DNA of 63,056 nt, filler included, from Stramenopiles sp. TOSAG23-2 (Eukaryota): assembly GCA_900128395.1 (NCBI GenBank). It is 40 parts of 40 records of this genome, joined end to end, with 100 filler letters (N's around TTAATTAATTAA, not from the genome) between each part and the next. Parts side by side here need not be neighbours in the genome. Positions count along the whole stretch, not along the records: positions 1 to 6,207 come from LT650501.1; positions 6,308 to 7,670 come from LT653078.1; positions 7,771 to 9,133 come from LT653079.1; positions 9,234 to 10,596 come from LT653080.1; positions 10,697 to 12,059 come from LT653081.1; 35 more parts are not named here. The stretch is one strand, 5' to 3'. The notes below the pieces were generated by a model. The model searched no databases and was not told the origin of the DNA. It saw only the letters and a program-made list of their open reading frames with translations. A program made the position numbers and the translations under genes. Positions 1-12,159 of this stretch are shown in pieces. How positions within the stretch are numbered: position 1 is the stretch's first letter; each line of letters opens with the position of its first letter.

Positions 1-272
1 GAATAAATTGTACCAGGGTACAAATCATTATACGACTCACCAAATGCACATTTTAAAGCAAAACGATTATTATAGGCGCAAGTTTTAATAATCGCGGTTT
101 GTATATCTCTACACGTAGTAGAAATCCAATTGGAAGCTGCGAGCTCCTTTACTTCGGCTTTGTTCGAGACTTTTGCAAATTTTGTTTTAGCGATTGCTTT
201 TAAAAAGGTAATAGCAACAGAGCAAAAATTTCCTAGCGTATCGACTGCGAATGGAACTATTGATGCATTAGA
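1..272 (-). mobile_element. 5'-truncated 3' part of an RLE-type (CRE-like) non-LTR retrotransposon ORF
   Basis: 193-272 is near-identical to 42799-42879. My minus-strand translation SNASIVPFAVDTLGNFCSVAITFLKAIAKTKFAKVSNKAEVKELAASNWISTTCRDIQTAIIKTCAYNN stays open to the window edge. Similarity stops abruptly at 272. Confidence 0.75.
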
Positions 273-485
273 GCGATTTTTTATATATATATTATAGCTA
301 GATGGATTCTAATGATACAGTACTGTATATGATATTAATATCTCATATATATTTATAACATTCTGAAGTAAATAAAATCTTTGATATTTATAAATAAGAG
401 AATTTTTTATATGATATACGAGTATATTATAATTTTTACGTAATAATTTGAATATTATCATAATAAAAATATTTTTTGAAATCAT

Positions 486-731
486 TTATCCTGTATTACA
501 AGAGAGTATTTAAATCTTACTTGGGAATGGAAATCCCCCTGCCCCATCCTGACTTTGATATGGAATAGGATTAATACGTACACCTTCTGAACGCGCCATT
601 TCAAAACCTTATCCTGTATTACAAGAGAGTATTTAAATCTTACTTGGGAATGGAAATCCCCCTGCCCCATCCTGACTTTGATATGGAATAGGATTAATAC
701 GTACACCTTCTGAACGCGCCATTTCAAAACC
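486..731. repeat. Tandem duplication, 123-bp unit x2, spanning the PhyH-family stop codon
   Basis: Identical units start at 486 and 609 (TTATCCTGTATTAC...); they explain the spurious 482-727 ORF. Confidence 0.9.
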
Positions 732-1607
732 TGCTAATTGACGAAATCTTTCTGGATTATCACAATCATTTGCAAGTTCTTGATCAAACGAGTTTTGAAT
801 ATCCTCTTGTGATTGAATCATCATATGACGATAATAATTTGCAATCGTCATCCTCAAACCATTTGTTTTTTTTAAGTATGCTCCATGCCACGTTTGACCA
901 TGAAATATGATAACAGATCCAGCTTTACATTCGACTGGTATGGCTTCTCTCTCCGCCTGTGGACCAGGATTGGTATGTCGAAGATGCGATGCAGGTACGA
1001 GTGCAAGTGGGCCATGTTCGGCACTATAATCTGTTAAGCACCAATTGGTGTTAGCAGTTAAAGCATTTCTACCCCAGGGCAGAGGGATACCACCTTGATC
1101 ACAATGCAAACCAAGATTGACAGTACGACCACCTTTCCATTTGACAAAAGAATTATGAGACGAAAAGCGAGTTACATTTGGACCAATCATATGTTCAATT
1201 AACGCAACAGCGACAGGATTTATAGCTAAATCCCGAAATTCTCTATCATAACTGCACAATTGTTGCAATAATATTTGATGTGGAAAATCAACATTATCAC
1301 TTAAACTGGACGCAGGCTTAGCTGGACTTCTTTTATGCTTTGATAAGCTAGAAGCCCCGTCTGGCCATAGCATTTCTTCGCAAGGACCATCTTCAAGCGT
1401 CCATTTTACACCAGTCACTTCTCCAGCTTTTTTCAACAATAAGTTCCTTATTTTCTCCATTTTTTCTGTTGTCATACCAGTAACTTCAGGTGGCACAATA
1501 GTATATCCTGTCACATCAAGTTCAAGTGCATATTTTTCAATGTTCAGCTGCCGCAACTGATTTAAATGCTTCGCCATTTTTCTTTTATTTGCGTATAAAT
1601 ACGACAT
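633..1607 (-). CDS. Phytanoyl-CoA dioxygenase (PhyH) family Fe(II)/2-oxoglutarate dioxygenase
   Basis: Intronless 324 aa; HxD (LHCDQ), distal His (TWHG), GPLALVPASH, GSVIIFHG, and the cosubstrate Arg (NGLR). Confidence 0.88.
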   Translation of the reverse strand: MSYLYANKRKMAKHLNQLRQLNIEKYALELDVTGYTIVPPEVTGMTTEKMEKIRNLLLKKAGEVTGVKWTLEDGPCEEMLWPDGASSLSKHKRSPAKPASSLSDNVDFPHQILLQQLCSYDREFRDLAINPVAVALIEHMIGPNVTRFSSHNSFVKWKGGRTVNLGLHCDQGGIPLPWGRNALTANTNWCLTDYSAEHGPLALVPASHLRHTNPGPQAEREAIPVECKAGSVIIFHGQTWHGAYLKKTNGLRMTIANYYRHMMIQSQEDIQNSFDQELANDCDNPERFRQLAGFEMARSEGVRINPIPYQSQDGAGGFPFPSKI

Positions 1608-1643
1608 AATGTTGTTACTGAGTAATATTTAATAATATTAACG

Positions 1644-1706
1644 GTTAGTTACGAGAGTACTTTACGTGATATCGTTAGTTACGAGAGTACTTAACGTGAT
1701 ATCGTT
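1644..1706. repeat. 30-bp direct repeat x2 just upstream of the PhyH-family gene
   Basis: GTTAGTTACGAGAGTACTT(T/A)ACGTGATATC occurs twice, with one mismatch. Confidence 0.8.
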
Positions 1707-2428
1707 TATGGTTTTATTTGTGATTTATATGGAGTTGTAACTAGATGTACTTGATTAGTGGTGTGTGTGTGTTTGTAAGTGTGCAATAGCTGAGTGTAAA
1801 TTAAAATCGCTTAGCTATCACATTAGACAGACGACTAATATTAATAATACAAAAGGTGTGCCTTATTTTAATTCGTATTTTAATATTCATATCTTATAGA
1901 ATTTGTATTTTCGGATTTTGCATGATTTTGGACTTTTAGATCTGGACATTTGGACTTCTCATCATGTATCATCTCTTTCATCATCTATACTGTATTAGCT
2001 TGCCTTATAGGGCTGGCGTCTATCAAATGACACATCATAAATGTCCATCCAATATAATATCAGAAAAATACTCATATATCAACCTGGATTAATTGATTAT
2101 ATTTTTTATTATATTTTTACATAGCATAGGTAGATCTAGTCTAGTATGTACATGAGCTGATATTTATATGCCTATATAATATGAGTACACTAATATAAGC
2201 GGTAAAATATGTTCAGTACATTAACATATCGGAAGTATCTTAACGGATGGCATATATGCGGAAATTTATTAGAATTTGTGGATCAGCAATTTAAATTAGA
2301 AAAATGGAATAATAAAACAAACAGACTATACGAATTTTCACCCGAAGAAAGTATATATATTGAAAGTAATATATATATATATACATTCAAACAAATTCAT
2401 ACATATAGTTAACAAAAGAATAAAATAG

Positions 2429-2630
2429 TATATTAAACTTTTTACATCTCATTTTTACAAACGATAGATATACTTCATAAGAATTATTTTATATCAACTA
2501 TTACTACCACGGGAAAAAGAAAAAAATTATATATTAAACTTTTTACATCTCATTTTTACAAACGATAGATATACTTCATAAGAATTATTTTATATCAACT
2601 ATTACTACCACGGGAAAAAGAAAAAAATTA
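2429..2630. repeat. Tandem duplication, 101-bp unit x2
   Basis: Identical units start at 2429 and 2530. Confidence 0.88.
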
Positions 2631-2734
2631 AACAATTTTGAACAATAGTCTTCTAGTAAAAATTAATAAATCTTTTTACATTTTTAATAATAATAATAAT
2701 TACTATAAACAAAAAAAAAAAACACATATACAAA

Positions 2735-4234
2735 ATGACGACGTTAGTTAAAGATACGTCACCGGAAATATCCCCTGAATTCATTGAAACTATGTTTGCA
2801 AATTTAACCAATGATGTAGCATATAAAGCAGCAAGAAATGCAGTGGCAGATCATGATGTTTTGGACATCGTGAAAAATCGTGATGTTATACAAAATATGT
2901 CACATACATATTCTAATCAAATATCAAAAGAAGGTAAATGTACTTCACAAAAATCAAGTGGACGTTGTTGGATGTTTGCATTATGCAATGTTATTCGTAT
3001 TGGTATGATGAAAAAATACAAATTACCAAATGATTTTGAATTATCTCAATCGTTTCTCTTTTTCTATGATAAATTAGAACGTGGGAATTATTTCTTAACT
3101 TCAATCATTGAAACAAGAGATCAACCAACATCATCAAGATTGATTTCACATTTATGTACCGACCCGACTTGCGACGGTGGACAATTCGATATGTTGGTCA
3201 ATATAGTTGAAAAATATGGCATCGTGCCAAAGAGTGTGTATCCAGACACAAAATGTTGTGTTGCATCCAGGCGTATGAATTTATTTTTAAAAAATAAATT
3301 ACGTACATATGCATGTGAATTACGTAAACTTGCAAAATCATCAACAGATATTACAGTAGATGATTTGTTTAAGAAAAAAAATGAAATGATGGTAGAATAT
3401 CATCGTATCTTAGCAATTTTCTTTGGAAAACCACCAACAAAAAGTTTTGATTTTAAATTTCGTGATAAAGATGGAAAATTCAAAGTTTATAAAAGCTTAA
3501 CACCGATTGCATTTTATGAAAGATTTGGCAAACCATCATTCGATGTTTCCACAAATATTTCATTGATTAATGATCCACGTAATGAATATTATAAATTATA
3601 TACAGTGGAATATTTAGGGAATGTAATTGGTGGCAAAGCTGTACGTTATATCAATTTACCAATTGATGAGTTGAGAAAAGCAGCAAAACAAACCATTGAT
3701 CAAGATTTACCAGTATGGTTTGGATGTGATGTTGGAAAATCGGAAGATCGTCAAAAAGGATTACTTGATGCAAATTTATATGATTTTAAAAGTATCTTTG
3801 GCACTGGTTTTACAATGAATAAAATGGAACGTTTATTATATGGTGAAAGTTTAATGACACATGCGATGGTATTTACTGCATATGATAATTTAAATGTTGA
3901 AGATGTTGGTTTGGATGAGGAGGAGAAGGATGTTGATAATAATAAATCAGCAGACGAGAAAGACGAAGAAGAAACAAAAAAAGATGCTAGTAAAAAAAGC
4001 AAAAATGCAACTATTACAGATGGTGTTGATGCTATACGTGCATGGCGTGTTGAAAATTCATGGGGAACCGCACGTGGTGACAATGGTTATTTATGTATGA
4101 CAAATGAATGGTTTGGTGAATTTGTATATCAAGTTGTTGTTGATAAAAATTTATTAAATGAAAAGATTGTTGATGTATTGAAACAAGAACCAATTAAATT
4201 GCCGGCATGGGACCCAATGGGTGCATTAGCGTGA
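2735..4234 (+). CDS. BLMH: Bleomycin hydrolase / aminopeptidase C (peptidase C1B)
   Basis: QKSSGRCW (catalytic Cys), THAM (His), ENSWG (Asn), VWFGCDV and the canonical C-terminus WDPMGALA; acidic/Lys-rich insertion before ENSWG. Confidence 0.97.
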   Translation: MTTLVKDTSPEISPEFIETMFANLTNDVAYKAARNAVADHDVLDIVKNRDVIQNMSHTYSNQISKEGKCTSQKSSGRCWMFALCNVIRIGMMKKYKLPNDFELSQSFLFFYDKLERGNYFLTSIIETRDQPTSSRLISHLCTDPTCDGGQFDMLVNIVEKYGIVPKSVYPDTKCCVASRRMNLFLKNKLRTYACELRKLAKSSTDITVDDLFKKKNEMMVEYHRILAIFFGKPPTKSFDFKFRDKDGKFKVYKSLTPIAFYERFGKPSFDVSTNISLINDPRNEYYKLYTVEYLGNVIGGKAVRYINLPIDELRKAAKQTIDQDLPVWFGCDVGKSEDRQKGLLDANLYDFKSIFGTGFTMNKMERLLYGESLMTHAMVFTAYDNLNVEDVGLDEEEKDVDNNKSADEKDEEETKKDASKKSKNATITDGVDAIRAWRVENSWGTARGDNGYLCMTNEWFGEFVYQVVVDKNLLNEKIVDVLKQEPIKLPAWDPMGALA

Positions 4235-4443
4235 AAATGATGCGAGGAGAGATGGTGGTGTGAAAAAGAGGCAGGAAGAGTGATGTATATGTGTGTGTGT
4301 GTGTTGGCAATGTGTCCATATATTAATATAATGGGTGCATTAGCGTGAAAATGATGCGAGGAGAGATGGTGGTGTGAAAAAGAGGCAGGAAGAGTGATGT
4401 ATATGTGTGTGTGTGTGTTGGCAATGTGTCCATATATTAATAT
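4216..4443. repeat. Tandem duplication, 114-bp unit x2, spanning the BLMH stop
   Basis: Identical units start at 4216 and 4330. Confidence 0.9.
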
Positions 4444-4691
4444 ATTTTATATCAGCAGAGAATGATTGTCGTTTTGAAAAAAAAATTATCTTTTTTTAAA
4501 TTTTATTTTTTTAATTCTTCAGTCGTTCTTATTTCGAATTAGTTGTAAATCATCAATAATAATGAATATTCCATTTAAATAATTTGAATGAACTAAGAAT
4601 ATAACTAAAAAAATATGTTGAAGACAAGATTCATATAGATATATATAGATATATATATACATACATACATATATATGTATGCATATACATA

Positions 4692-5649
4692 ATGGCATCT
4701 TTAACCACTAACCAACCACCTACAAAACGACAACGTACAACAAATGAATCCACCTTGGAAGCGTTACAACAAGAACGGGCACCACCACCAATTGAAATTG
4801 GTATATTGCTTTTACCAGCTGGATTTGAGTCTGCTTGCGGTATAATGACAAAAATATTTCTATATTTAGATATTCGATCATTATGTAATGTAAAACGATC
4901 TTCTTTAATACAGCAATGTAGAAAAGCATTTGGATCAGATGATTTTGAGCGTGTACGTAATGAAGCATTGAGTATTGATTATAAAGGTAGAAGAAGTATA
5001 GATGAGATGATACTTTCACATTCAGCGAGAAGACTTTATTTATTAATTGAAAGATATAAAAGAGAGTTTCCACGTGGTACNNNNNNNNNNNNNNNNNNNN
5101 NNNNNNNNNNNNNNNNNNNNNNNNNNNNNNNNNNNNNNNNNNNNNNNNNNNNNNNATGATGTAGAATTATTTATGAATCTTCATCCTTTTCACAACTATA
5201 TTACTAACTGTGATGTGAACGGCTACAGAGATGATGTGACATTGAAAGATATGGTGAGTCAAGTCGGTAAAGATAGTCGTGGTTTTGATTATACACCTTT
5301 AATGATAGCTGCAGGATACGAACATTTCCAAATAGTTAAATATTTGATTGAACAATGTGAAGCTGATCCTAATATTGCAGATAGTGATGAAGAGAATGCA
5401 TTACATATTGCAGCAACTGAGAACAGCACGAATACTGAGTTGATTGAATTGTTATTAGCTAATATGTCTCTTGATAGTATTAATAAGAAGTCCAGTGGGG
5501 GATCCACTCCCCTGGACTCTGCATATCATAATGAAAGTCCAATTCGCCAAGAGATCATTGCACTTTTACGTTCAAAAGGTGGAAAAGCAAATTGTCATGA
5601 TGAAAATGGTAGTGATGTAGAAGAAGGTAATGGTGATTTAAATCATTAA
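4692..5649 (+). CDS. F-box-like + ankyrin-repeat protein (one gene across the N gap)
   Basis: N-part has F-box-like IMTKIFLYLDIRSLCNV and ends KREFPRG; C-part has ankyrin repeats (YTPLMIAAGYEHFQIVKYL, NALHIAA, TPLD). The paralog at 24288-25208 carries KQEFPQGT and the same ankyrin text in one ORF. Confidence 0.75.
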
Positions 5650-5894
5650 AAAAGCAATTTATGAAGGGAAGAAAAGACTAGAAAAATACAACTTGTGGGC
5701 CCGGGTATGTGCGTGTACAAAATATAAAATATATAAATTGTTTTAATATGATGTGTGAGAGATCTTTAAAATAAAATGGCCTCGTAAAGTTAAATTTTGC
5801 ACACAATCTTTTCAGAAGTCCACCAATATTTTTTTACTCGCTCTCTTCAACTTATTTATAAAAACATTTTTTCCCACATTTTCTTCTCATTCAT

Positions 5895-6206
5895 TTACTT
5901 CACCTTCTTCGATGCCGATTGTTGTAATTTCAAACGTTCTAACTTTTTTTGTTCTTTTAACTCTGCTTGACGTTTTTTCTTTTCCTCATATTCAATCCTC
6001 ATGACCTCTAAATGTTTTGCATGGCGTTCGGAATACACTTCATCGCTTAACCCTTCGTCGTCAGTACTATGTCCAACATTTTCACCATCATCATCTCCGT
6101 CTTCAACCTTATGCCATCTTGGTACAAATAAAATTTTCTTCGTTTTTTGCTTCTTCTTCTCATTCGTATTGTTGTTACTATTACTGTTTTTATTATTATT
6201 GTTGTT
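5895..6206 (-). CDS. 3' part of a PEHE-domain-like (MSL1/KANSL1-type) protein, not in the ORF track
   Basis: My translation: KILFVPRWHKVEDGDDDGENVGHSTDDEGLSDEVYSERHAKHLEVMRIEYEEKKKRQAELKEQKKLERLKLQQSASKKVK*. The VP.W...LSDE.Y..RH pattern matches PEHE. Confidence 0.55.
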   Translation of the reverse strand, partial: NNNNNKNSNSNNNTNEKKKQKTKKILFVPRWHKVEDGDDDGENVGHSTDDEGLSDEVYSERHAKHLEVMRIEYEEKKKRQAELKEQKKLERLKLQQSASKKVK

Positions 6207-6207
6207 C

Positions 6208-6307
6208 NNNNNNNNNNNNNNNNNNNNNNNNNNNNNNNNNNNNNNNNNNNNTTAATTAATTAANNNNNNNNNNNNNNNNNNNNNNNNNNNNNNNNNNNNN
6301 NNNNNNN
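6208..6307. other. Artificial contig linker (44N-TTAATTAATTAA-44N); first of 39, spaced about 1.45-1.46 kb apart up to 61605-61704
   Basis: Invariant six-frame stop cassette inside N runs; contig lengths fall steadily from 1363 to 1352 bp. Confidence 0.99.
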
Positions 6308-6576
6308 GAACGATATAAGAGTGCTGATGTTAAACAACTACATGTACATAAATGTATTGCTACTAATGACGTCATATATATAGAGACATCCCATCCATTA
6401 TGTACATCATAATCCCTTTGTAAATTGGACAATGCAAAACCACCTATCAACGCAGCCATAACCCCTGTATTTACGAGATCATTTAACATTTTTTCACGAT
6501 TAATTTTTGGTATTTCCCCCATCGTTGTGTTTTTCTCTTCTCCCGGCGCTACTTGTTTCTGTTCGTCCCGTATCAT
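6308..6576 (-). CDS. 5' part of a membrane protein (Orai/PGG-like TM segments)
   Basis: LVNTGVMAALIGGFALSNL and a second hydrophobic segment; cut by the contig end. Confidence 0.45.
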
Positions 6577-7230
6577 TTAATATGATTGTTACAGTATCAA
6601 AGTGATATGTATCATTGCTTTTTTCAATTAGACGGTTGTCAGTTGTTGTATCGCCATTACACCTTTTGAATGAAACTATAAATAGATTATATATAGAGAT
6701 GTGTCCAAATTTCTGAGTCAAAAAATGCAAAAAAGCAAAAAAAACGTATAGAGGTTACGTTAAGGTAGTTTTAGAAAAGAAGAAGTAAGGAATTCCCACT
6801 GTATATGGATATTTTGTGATATTTTCATTCATGCATTATTATAACCTTAACCAGTGGTAAATCTCATATTTTATGAGCAACCTTTTTCCCATTGTTATAC
6901 GTTTTAAATTTGATATTTATTTATGAATTAGGTTCGTTCTATTTTATAATGGCAGAGCATTGAAAAAATGATGTGCCGATTTGGCACGTCAATCAAATAT
7001 ACCAGGTAATTATGAATGAAATGAATGACAAAAAAATATTAAAAAAAATAATAGAATAGAATAGATGTGTGCATTGATGTGATGGGAATGGTATACATGC
7101 ATATTAATAGTTAAGAGATTGATTGTATGTAATAATTGAAACAGGGAAAACTGTAGAAATATTGTTTTGAACAACCCCACCAACAGGAAATTCTAAAAAA
7201 CGCAAACGAAGTAAAGATGGTGCATCTACT

Positions 7231-7494
7231 ATGATGGTTGAGCTAGAGAAAAACCTGAAACATTTTAAAGAAGTGAAAGAGGAAAAACTTGCTGCTCAAA
7301 ATGAGGTGGAAAGGATCAATGATGACATAGATGATAAATATAAATGTGGAATATGCTTTGATCATGATCGTACAGTAGTATTTCGCCCGTGTAATCATCT
7401 TTATTGCTGTGAAAATTGTGGCATGAGTGATGGTATTCATAAATGTCCAATATGCCGCACGGAAATAGACAGTAAAATAAAAATTTTTATTTGA
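7231..7494 (+). CDS. C-terminal C3HC4 RING (IAP/MGRN1-type) exon, possibly a pseudogene
   Basis: CGICFDHDRTVVFRPCNHLYCCENC...CPICR...KIFI*; an in-frame TGA at 7168-7170 lies upstream. Confidence 0.75.
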   Translation: MMVELEKNLKHFKEVKEEKLAAQNEVERINDDIDDKYKCGICFDHDRTVVFRPCNHLYCCENCGMSDGIHKCPICRTEIDSKIKIFI

Positions 7495-7502
7495 ATATTA
7501 AT

Positions 7503-7551
7503 TGGTTAAAATCTAAGTTATAATAATTTTACTTTCCTGTGTGTTAAATAA
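7503..7551 (+). mobile_element. GATGGTTAAA-family MITE, partial copy
   Basis: TGGTTAAAATCTAAGTTATAATAATTTTAC matches copies at 30987, 42607, 44004, 45397 and 58082. Confidence 0.75.
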
Positions 7552-9233
7552 TTTTTTATCATATATACTGGTATGTAATATATTCAAAATAATTTAATTT
7601 ATAATACGCTTCGTATGTTGTTCACAACAGGATCTTTCACTTCGACAACCTCACCGTTTTCGAATGAATCNNNNNNNNNNNNNNNNNNNNNNNNNNNNNN
7701 NNNNNNNNNNNNNNTTAATTAATTAANNNNNNNNNNNNNNNNNNNNNNNNNNNNNNNNNNNNNNNNNNNNCCCAATGACATTGATGCTTTGGGTAGTTGC
7801 TGCATTCTTGTACTTTTCTACTTTGCTCCGATATTGTATGGCAAAGCCAGAAGATGATAAAGAAGAATAAATGTTATATGGTATTGTGTAAGTTTGGTGT
7901 AGTAGTGTAGGAGATGGTTTCTTTGTTTTTTTTTTTTGATGGGGGTATAATTCATTGAATAATCTCTAGATCAAAGCAAAAAAGTGGGGTTCAAACAAAT
8001 GAAAACGTCAACAAATAAATAAATATATATATATATAATATATATATAATAAGGAGAGACAGAAACAGACGGGGGGGGAATCTGAACATATAAAATATAT
8101 ATCCTATATATCTAATATATTATTAATAATTATTTAAAAAATTTCCCCCTCTAGAAAAAACGTTGGATTCTTTTCCAGGGGGATTTCCAACTCTGTGTGC
8201 CTGCTAAATACCTTAACATTTTTCATCATCAAAAAAAAAAATAAGTAGAAAAAAAGTAGTTGTTGTTTTAATAAAAATTTAAAAATACGTAAAAAATAAT
8301 ATTATTGTTTTGTGAAAACAATGTGTTTATATATATATATATTAATTTTCCAAAAATGTATATTTATATATAACTGGTACGATTGAGAACTTGTTTGTAC
8401 CTTCCTGAACGCCTCGTTTTGAAACGCAATATGTGATGATTGGTCGTCTTTCCCATTAATGAAAAATCTCAGGTGATTGTAAGACAACGGTTTCCGCTTT
8501 CATACTAATTTGTACATCTTTTAAAGGTGGTTTTGAATCATCTTTGACTTCCTCATGCCATACTTTCATATTATTATTATTATTATTTGTTGTTGTTGTT
8601 CGATTTTTTTGTTTCAATCCATCGTGCGTGTTATAATTATTATTATTATTATTCACTGTCTCATTATTATCTACATCCATGATGATTAATTCTATCTGTT
8701 TTTATTTTATCTATTATTGTATTTGTTGTTTGTATATTTGTTTTTTTCATACATATATATTTATATTTTCTATGCACCTCGTCTTCTTCTTTGTCGAAAA
8801 AATGTATTTTTAAATGCTTAGTATACAAAAAGTCGTAGTTAAAGGTATCACAAAATTATTTATGATTTTGTAATTTTATAAAAAAAAATTCATCAAATCA
8901 TCGAATTAAGTATTAGAATTGATGGTTAAGTATAAGAACAAAAGTAAAAAAAAGTGAGAGCAATTGTGTTATATGCGATTATTCGTGTGTACGATCGGGT
9001 ATGTTACATAAATTGTACGAACGTAAATCCTCAATGATGTTGTATACTATATATATATTTTTTTTTATATAAATGTTTTTTCATTCAAAAATACTTGATC
9101 CACGTCTTCTTCTTGCATTGTTAATATCCCCACNNNNNNNNNNNNNNNNNNNNNNNNNNNNNNNNNNNNNNNNNNNNTTAATTAATTAANNNNNNNNNNN
9201 NNNNNNNNNNNNNNNNNNNNNNNNNNNNNNNNN

Positions 9234-10596
9234 CAAGTGTAAGTGGACCTTCTTGAAACATATCGCATGTTGGATTTGCTAAATCAATAGATGGTGATAA
9301 TGAATCATAGACATCAAGAAGTTGATGGCATGATGTAGCTTTGCCCTCAGGGGTATTAATTAAAAAATTTCCTTTGTAATCATGTGGGTCAGCACAAAAG
9401 TTTTCAAATCGATAAGATGATTCGCATACTTTTAACTCTACTAACGGGTTGTTTTCAACGCTAAATGTATATCCAGCCATGCCAAACCCATAGTCAGCAA
9501 CATGGCATTTTCCAGTCTTGTATGCATCAAATTCGTCCCTAGTCCTGATGAAGTCAACTGGGTTGCCAATAAAATTCGTACATTCAGCATTTGAGCATAT
9601 CTTTTCAGTGCGTATAACGTGAGTAGTGTCACACAAAAAGGATTGATGTAATATAGATAGACAGTTGGTTCCAAAGGCAAAATTTGCTTGTATATATTCA
9701 TCATTGTTTGTTCCTGCTATCCATTGACCAATTGAAACGTTTGTTTCAACAACAGCGCCATCGCAATCGCCGGACTGTACACGATCAATAGTCCATAATG
9801 GAGCACTGTTAAATAGTAGAGGCAATGCATTATCTGTTGAATTGTCAGTAAATATTTTACCAATATCTTCACCACAACATGGAGTTAAAAATCCTAACCA
9901 AGACAATAAATTTGGAACTACACGCCCATTAGAATGAGTAGCAGGGTGTCGAAACATCGAGCATCTTGGATTTGATACATCTCGTGCTTGTAATAATGCG
10001 TTGGTGTAACCTAACCATCCCTCGCAAGTTAATTCTGACTGCCCTGTAGGCTCAGTTAGTTTTAAGTGCTCTTTATAATCATTTGGATCGGCACAAAAGT
10101 TTGCAAATTTTGAACAGGAAGTACCTTTATTAAACAATTTATTTGGATCTCCTCCACAGCATGGTGTTAGTATGGGTAAATAATGCAATAAATTAGGAAC
10201 GGTACTGCCATCGTCGTAAGTGGCTGGTTGATTAAATATTTCGCATGTTGGATTTTCTAAATTTAATTCTGGGAATAACGAGTCGAGATGACTTATAACA
10301 GAGTCGCACATACTGTTTCCAGAAGGTGAATGAATCATTAGTTTCCCTTGATAATGGTTTGGGTCAGAGCAAAACCTTGAATAATTACGTGGAGTTGGGC
10401 ATATTTTTAACTCCAATAAAGGGTTATTTCGTCGGCTAAAGGTGTAGCCAAACTGCCCATATCCATAATCAGCAACGTGACATTTGCCTCCCTTTATATC
10501 ATTATATTCCTCCCTGGTGCCAATGAACTCAACCGGGTTGGCAATAAAACTAGTGCATTCAGCATTTGAGCACATCCTTTCTATGCGTATAATATG
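9234..10596 (-). CDS. Internal fragment of a Cys-rich repeat protein, probably extracellular
   Basis: ORF fills the contig; module CSNAECT.FI.NPV.FI.TR.E...GKCHVADYG.G occurs x2 and module FC.DP..Y...NP.C..F..PA...VPNLL..L..LTPCCG x3 (third cut by the contig end). Confidence 0.75.
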
Positions 10597-10696
10597 NNNN
10601 NNNNNNNNNNNNNNNNNNNNNNNNNNNNNNNNNNNNNNNNTTAATTAATTAANNNNNNNNNNNNNNNNNNNNNNNNNNNNNNNNNNNNNNNNNNNN

Positions 10697-12059
10697 GGAA
10701 AATTTTGCATACAAGGTTCCATCAATATCAATTATTCTACCAACTTTAGGTGGAGGAGATCTTATTGTAATGGGTTCGGAGTTTGCTATAACTTCTGACA
10801 ATGACTGGGCAATTAAAATCATAGATACACAAACTAATCAAGTGACGTTGTGTCCTGAAAAAAGTCGCGAATCCTATACAAACTTGAAGTGCACATTCAC
10901 AGATGGTGGTACAGAGGGTGAATGTTTGCAAAAAAATGTTACAGTTGTAATATCGACTTTAAGTAGTAATTCTGTTCAAATATGTTATGGTGGAAATGTC
11001 AATTTGCCAACATCACAACAAATAAACGAAGGTAAATCATATACGTATTCTCTTACATTATCAAGGCAGCCATTACAGTCCGTAACAGTACATATTACAA
11101 GCTCAAGTGCTACCTGTATATTGTCGCAACCTGAAATTACATTTACAAGTAGTAATTATAGTAGTGGATTTGACATTTTAGTCAATGTCATGGACAACGA
11201 TGTGGATGAAGGTACCAATAAAATTTCCTCCGTATGTACAATAAAACATACTATTAATAGTACTGATCCTTTTTTTGAATCCGCAGTTGCTAAAACGTTT
11301 GATATTTCCGTCATTAACCAAGACGAAGCGGATATTAAATTGCAATTACCAACTGATGATAGTAATGATGGGTCATTTGAATATAAATTAAAAGTTCTAG
11401 GACCATTATCTATTATCGAAGGAAATAATGCTTCATATGGAATGATATTGGATTCAAAACCGACATTCAATGTTATTGTCCGTTCATCTGTATCATCCCC
11501 ACGTTTAAACACGCCATTGACAATAACTATAGAACCGCCATTGTTAACATTTACTAGTTTAAATTGGAATATACCACAATCAATCACATTAATAGCAAGT
11601 GGTGATTCTATTGATAATGATATAGATATTGAACGATTTGAAGTTTTATATTATATTCAAACATTAGATACGACTTTTTTCAAGAAAGCAATGAATAATA
11701 CGGTAATTACTCAAGTACAGGACGATGATACAGCTGGTATAATTATGTCAAAAAATAATTTAGATTTATTACAATTAAATGAAGGTGGGATAGCTCAAAC
11801 ATTTATTATACAAGGTCTAGCGTCGCAGCCATTGGATGATGTTTTTGTCTCCATTCCACGTGTATCAAATCTAATCCAAGTAAATCCAGAATCATTTACA
11901 ATTGAAAAATCGGCATGGCAAAATGTTGACAAAATCATAACAGTAAATGCAATTGAAGGCAATTACATTAGTAGTACATTTTCACTTCAAATTTTGACAC
12001 AAAGTACAGATTTGAAATACAATAGTACTGATGCATTTAGTAACGATGCAAAGCAAGTA
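10697..12059 (+). CDS. Internal fragment of a large beta-sandwich (IPT/Calx-beta-like) surface protein
   Basis: Three repeats EG...Y/F...L...P...V.V...P..TF...NW/Y, two ending in acidic D.D/DDD motifs; Ser/Thr-rich. Confidence 0.7.
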
Positions 12060-12159
12060 NNNNNNNNNNNNNNNNNNNNNNNNNNNNNNNNNNNNNNNNN
12101 NNNTTAATTAATTAANNNNNNNNNNNNNNNNNNNNNNNNNNNNNNNNNNNNNNNNNNNN

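Noticed and set aside
482-727. 81-aa ORF with an internal repeat
   Set aside because: By-product of the 123-bp duplication, in an alternative frame over the PhyH 3' end.
7141-8680. Possible stop-codon reassignment (in-frame TGA at 7168; TAA at 8456 followed by open sequence)
   Set aside because: Recognisable proteins end at TGA (BLMH) and TAA (ankyrin, TRM13, PduL), with no internal stops in long genes; splicing or decay explains these cases.
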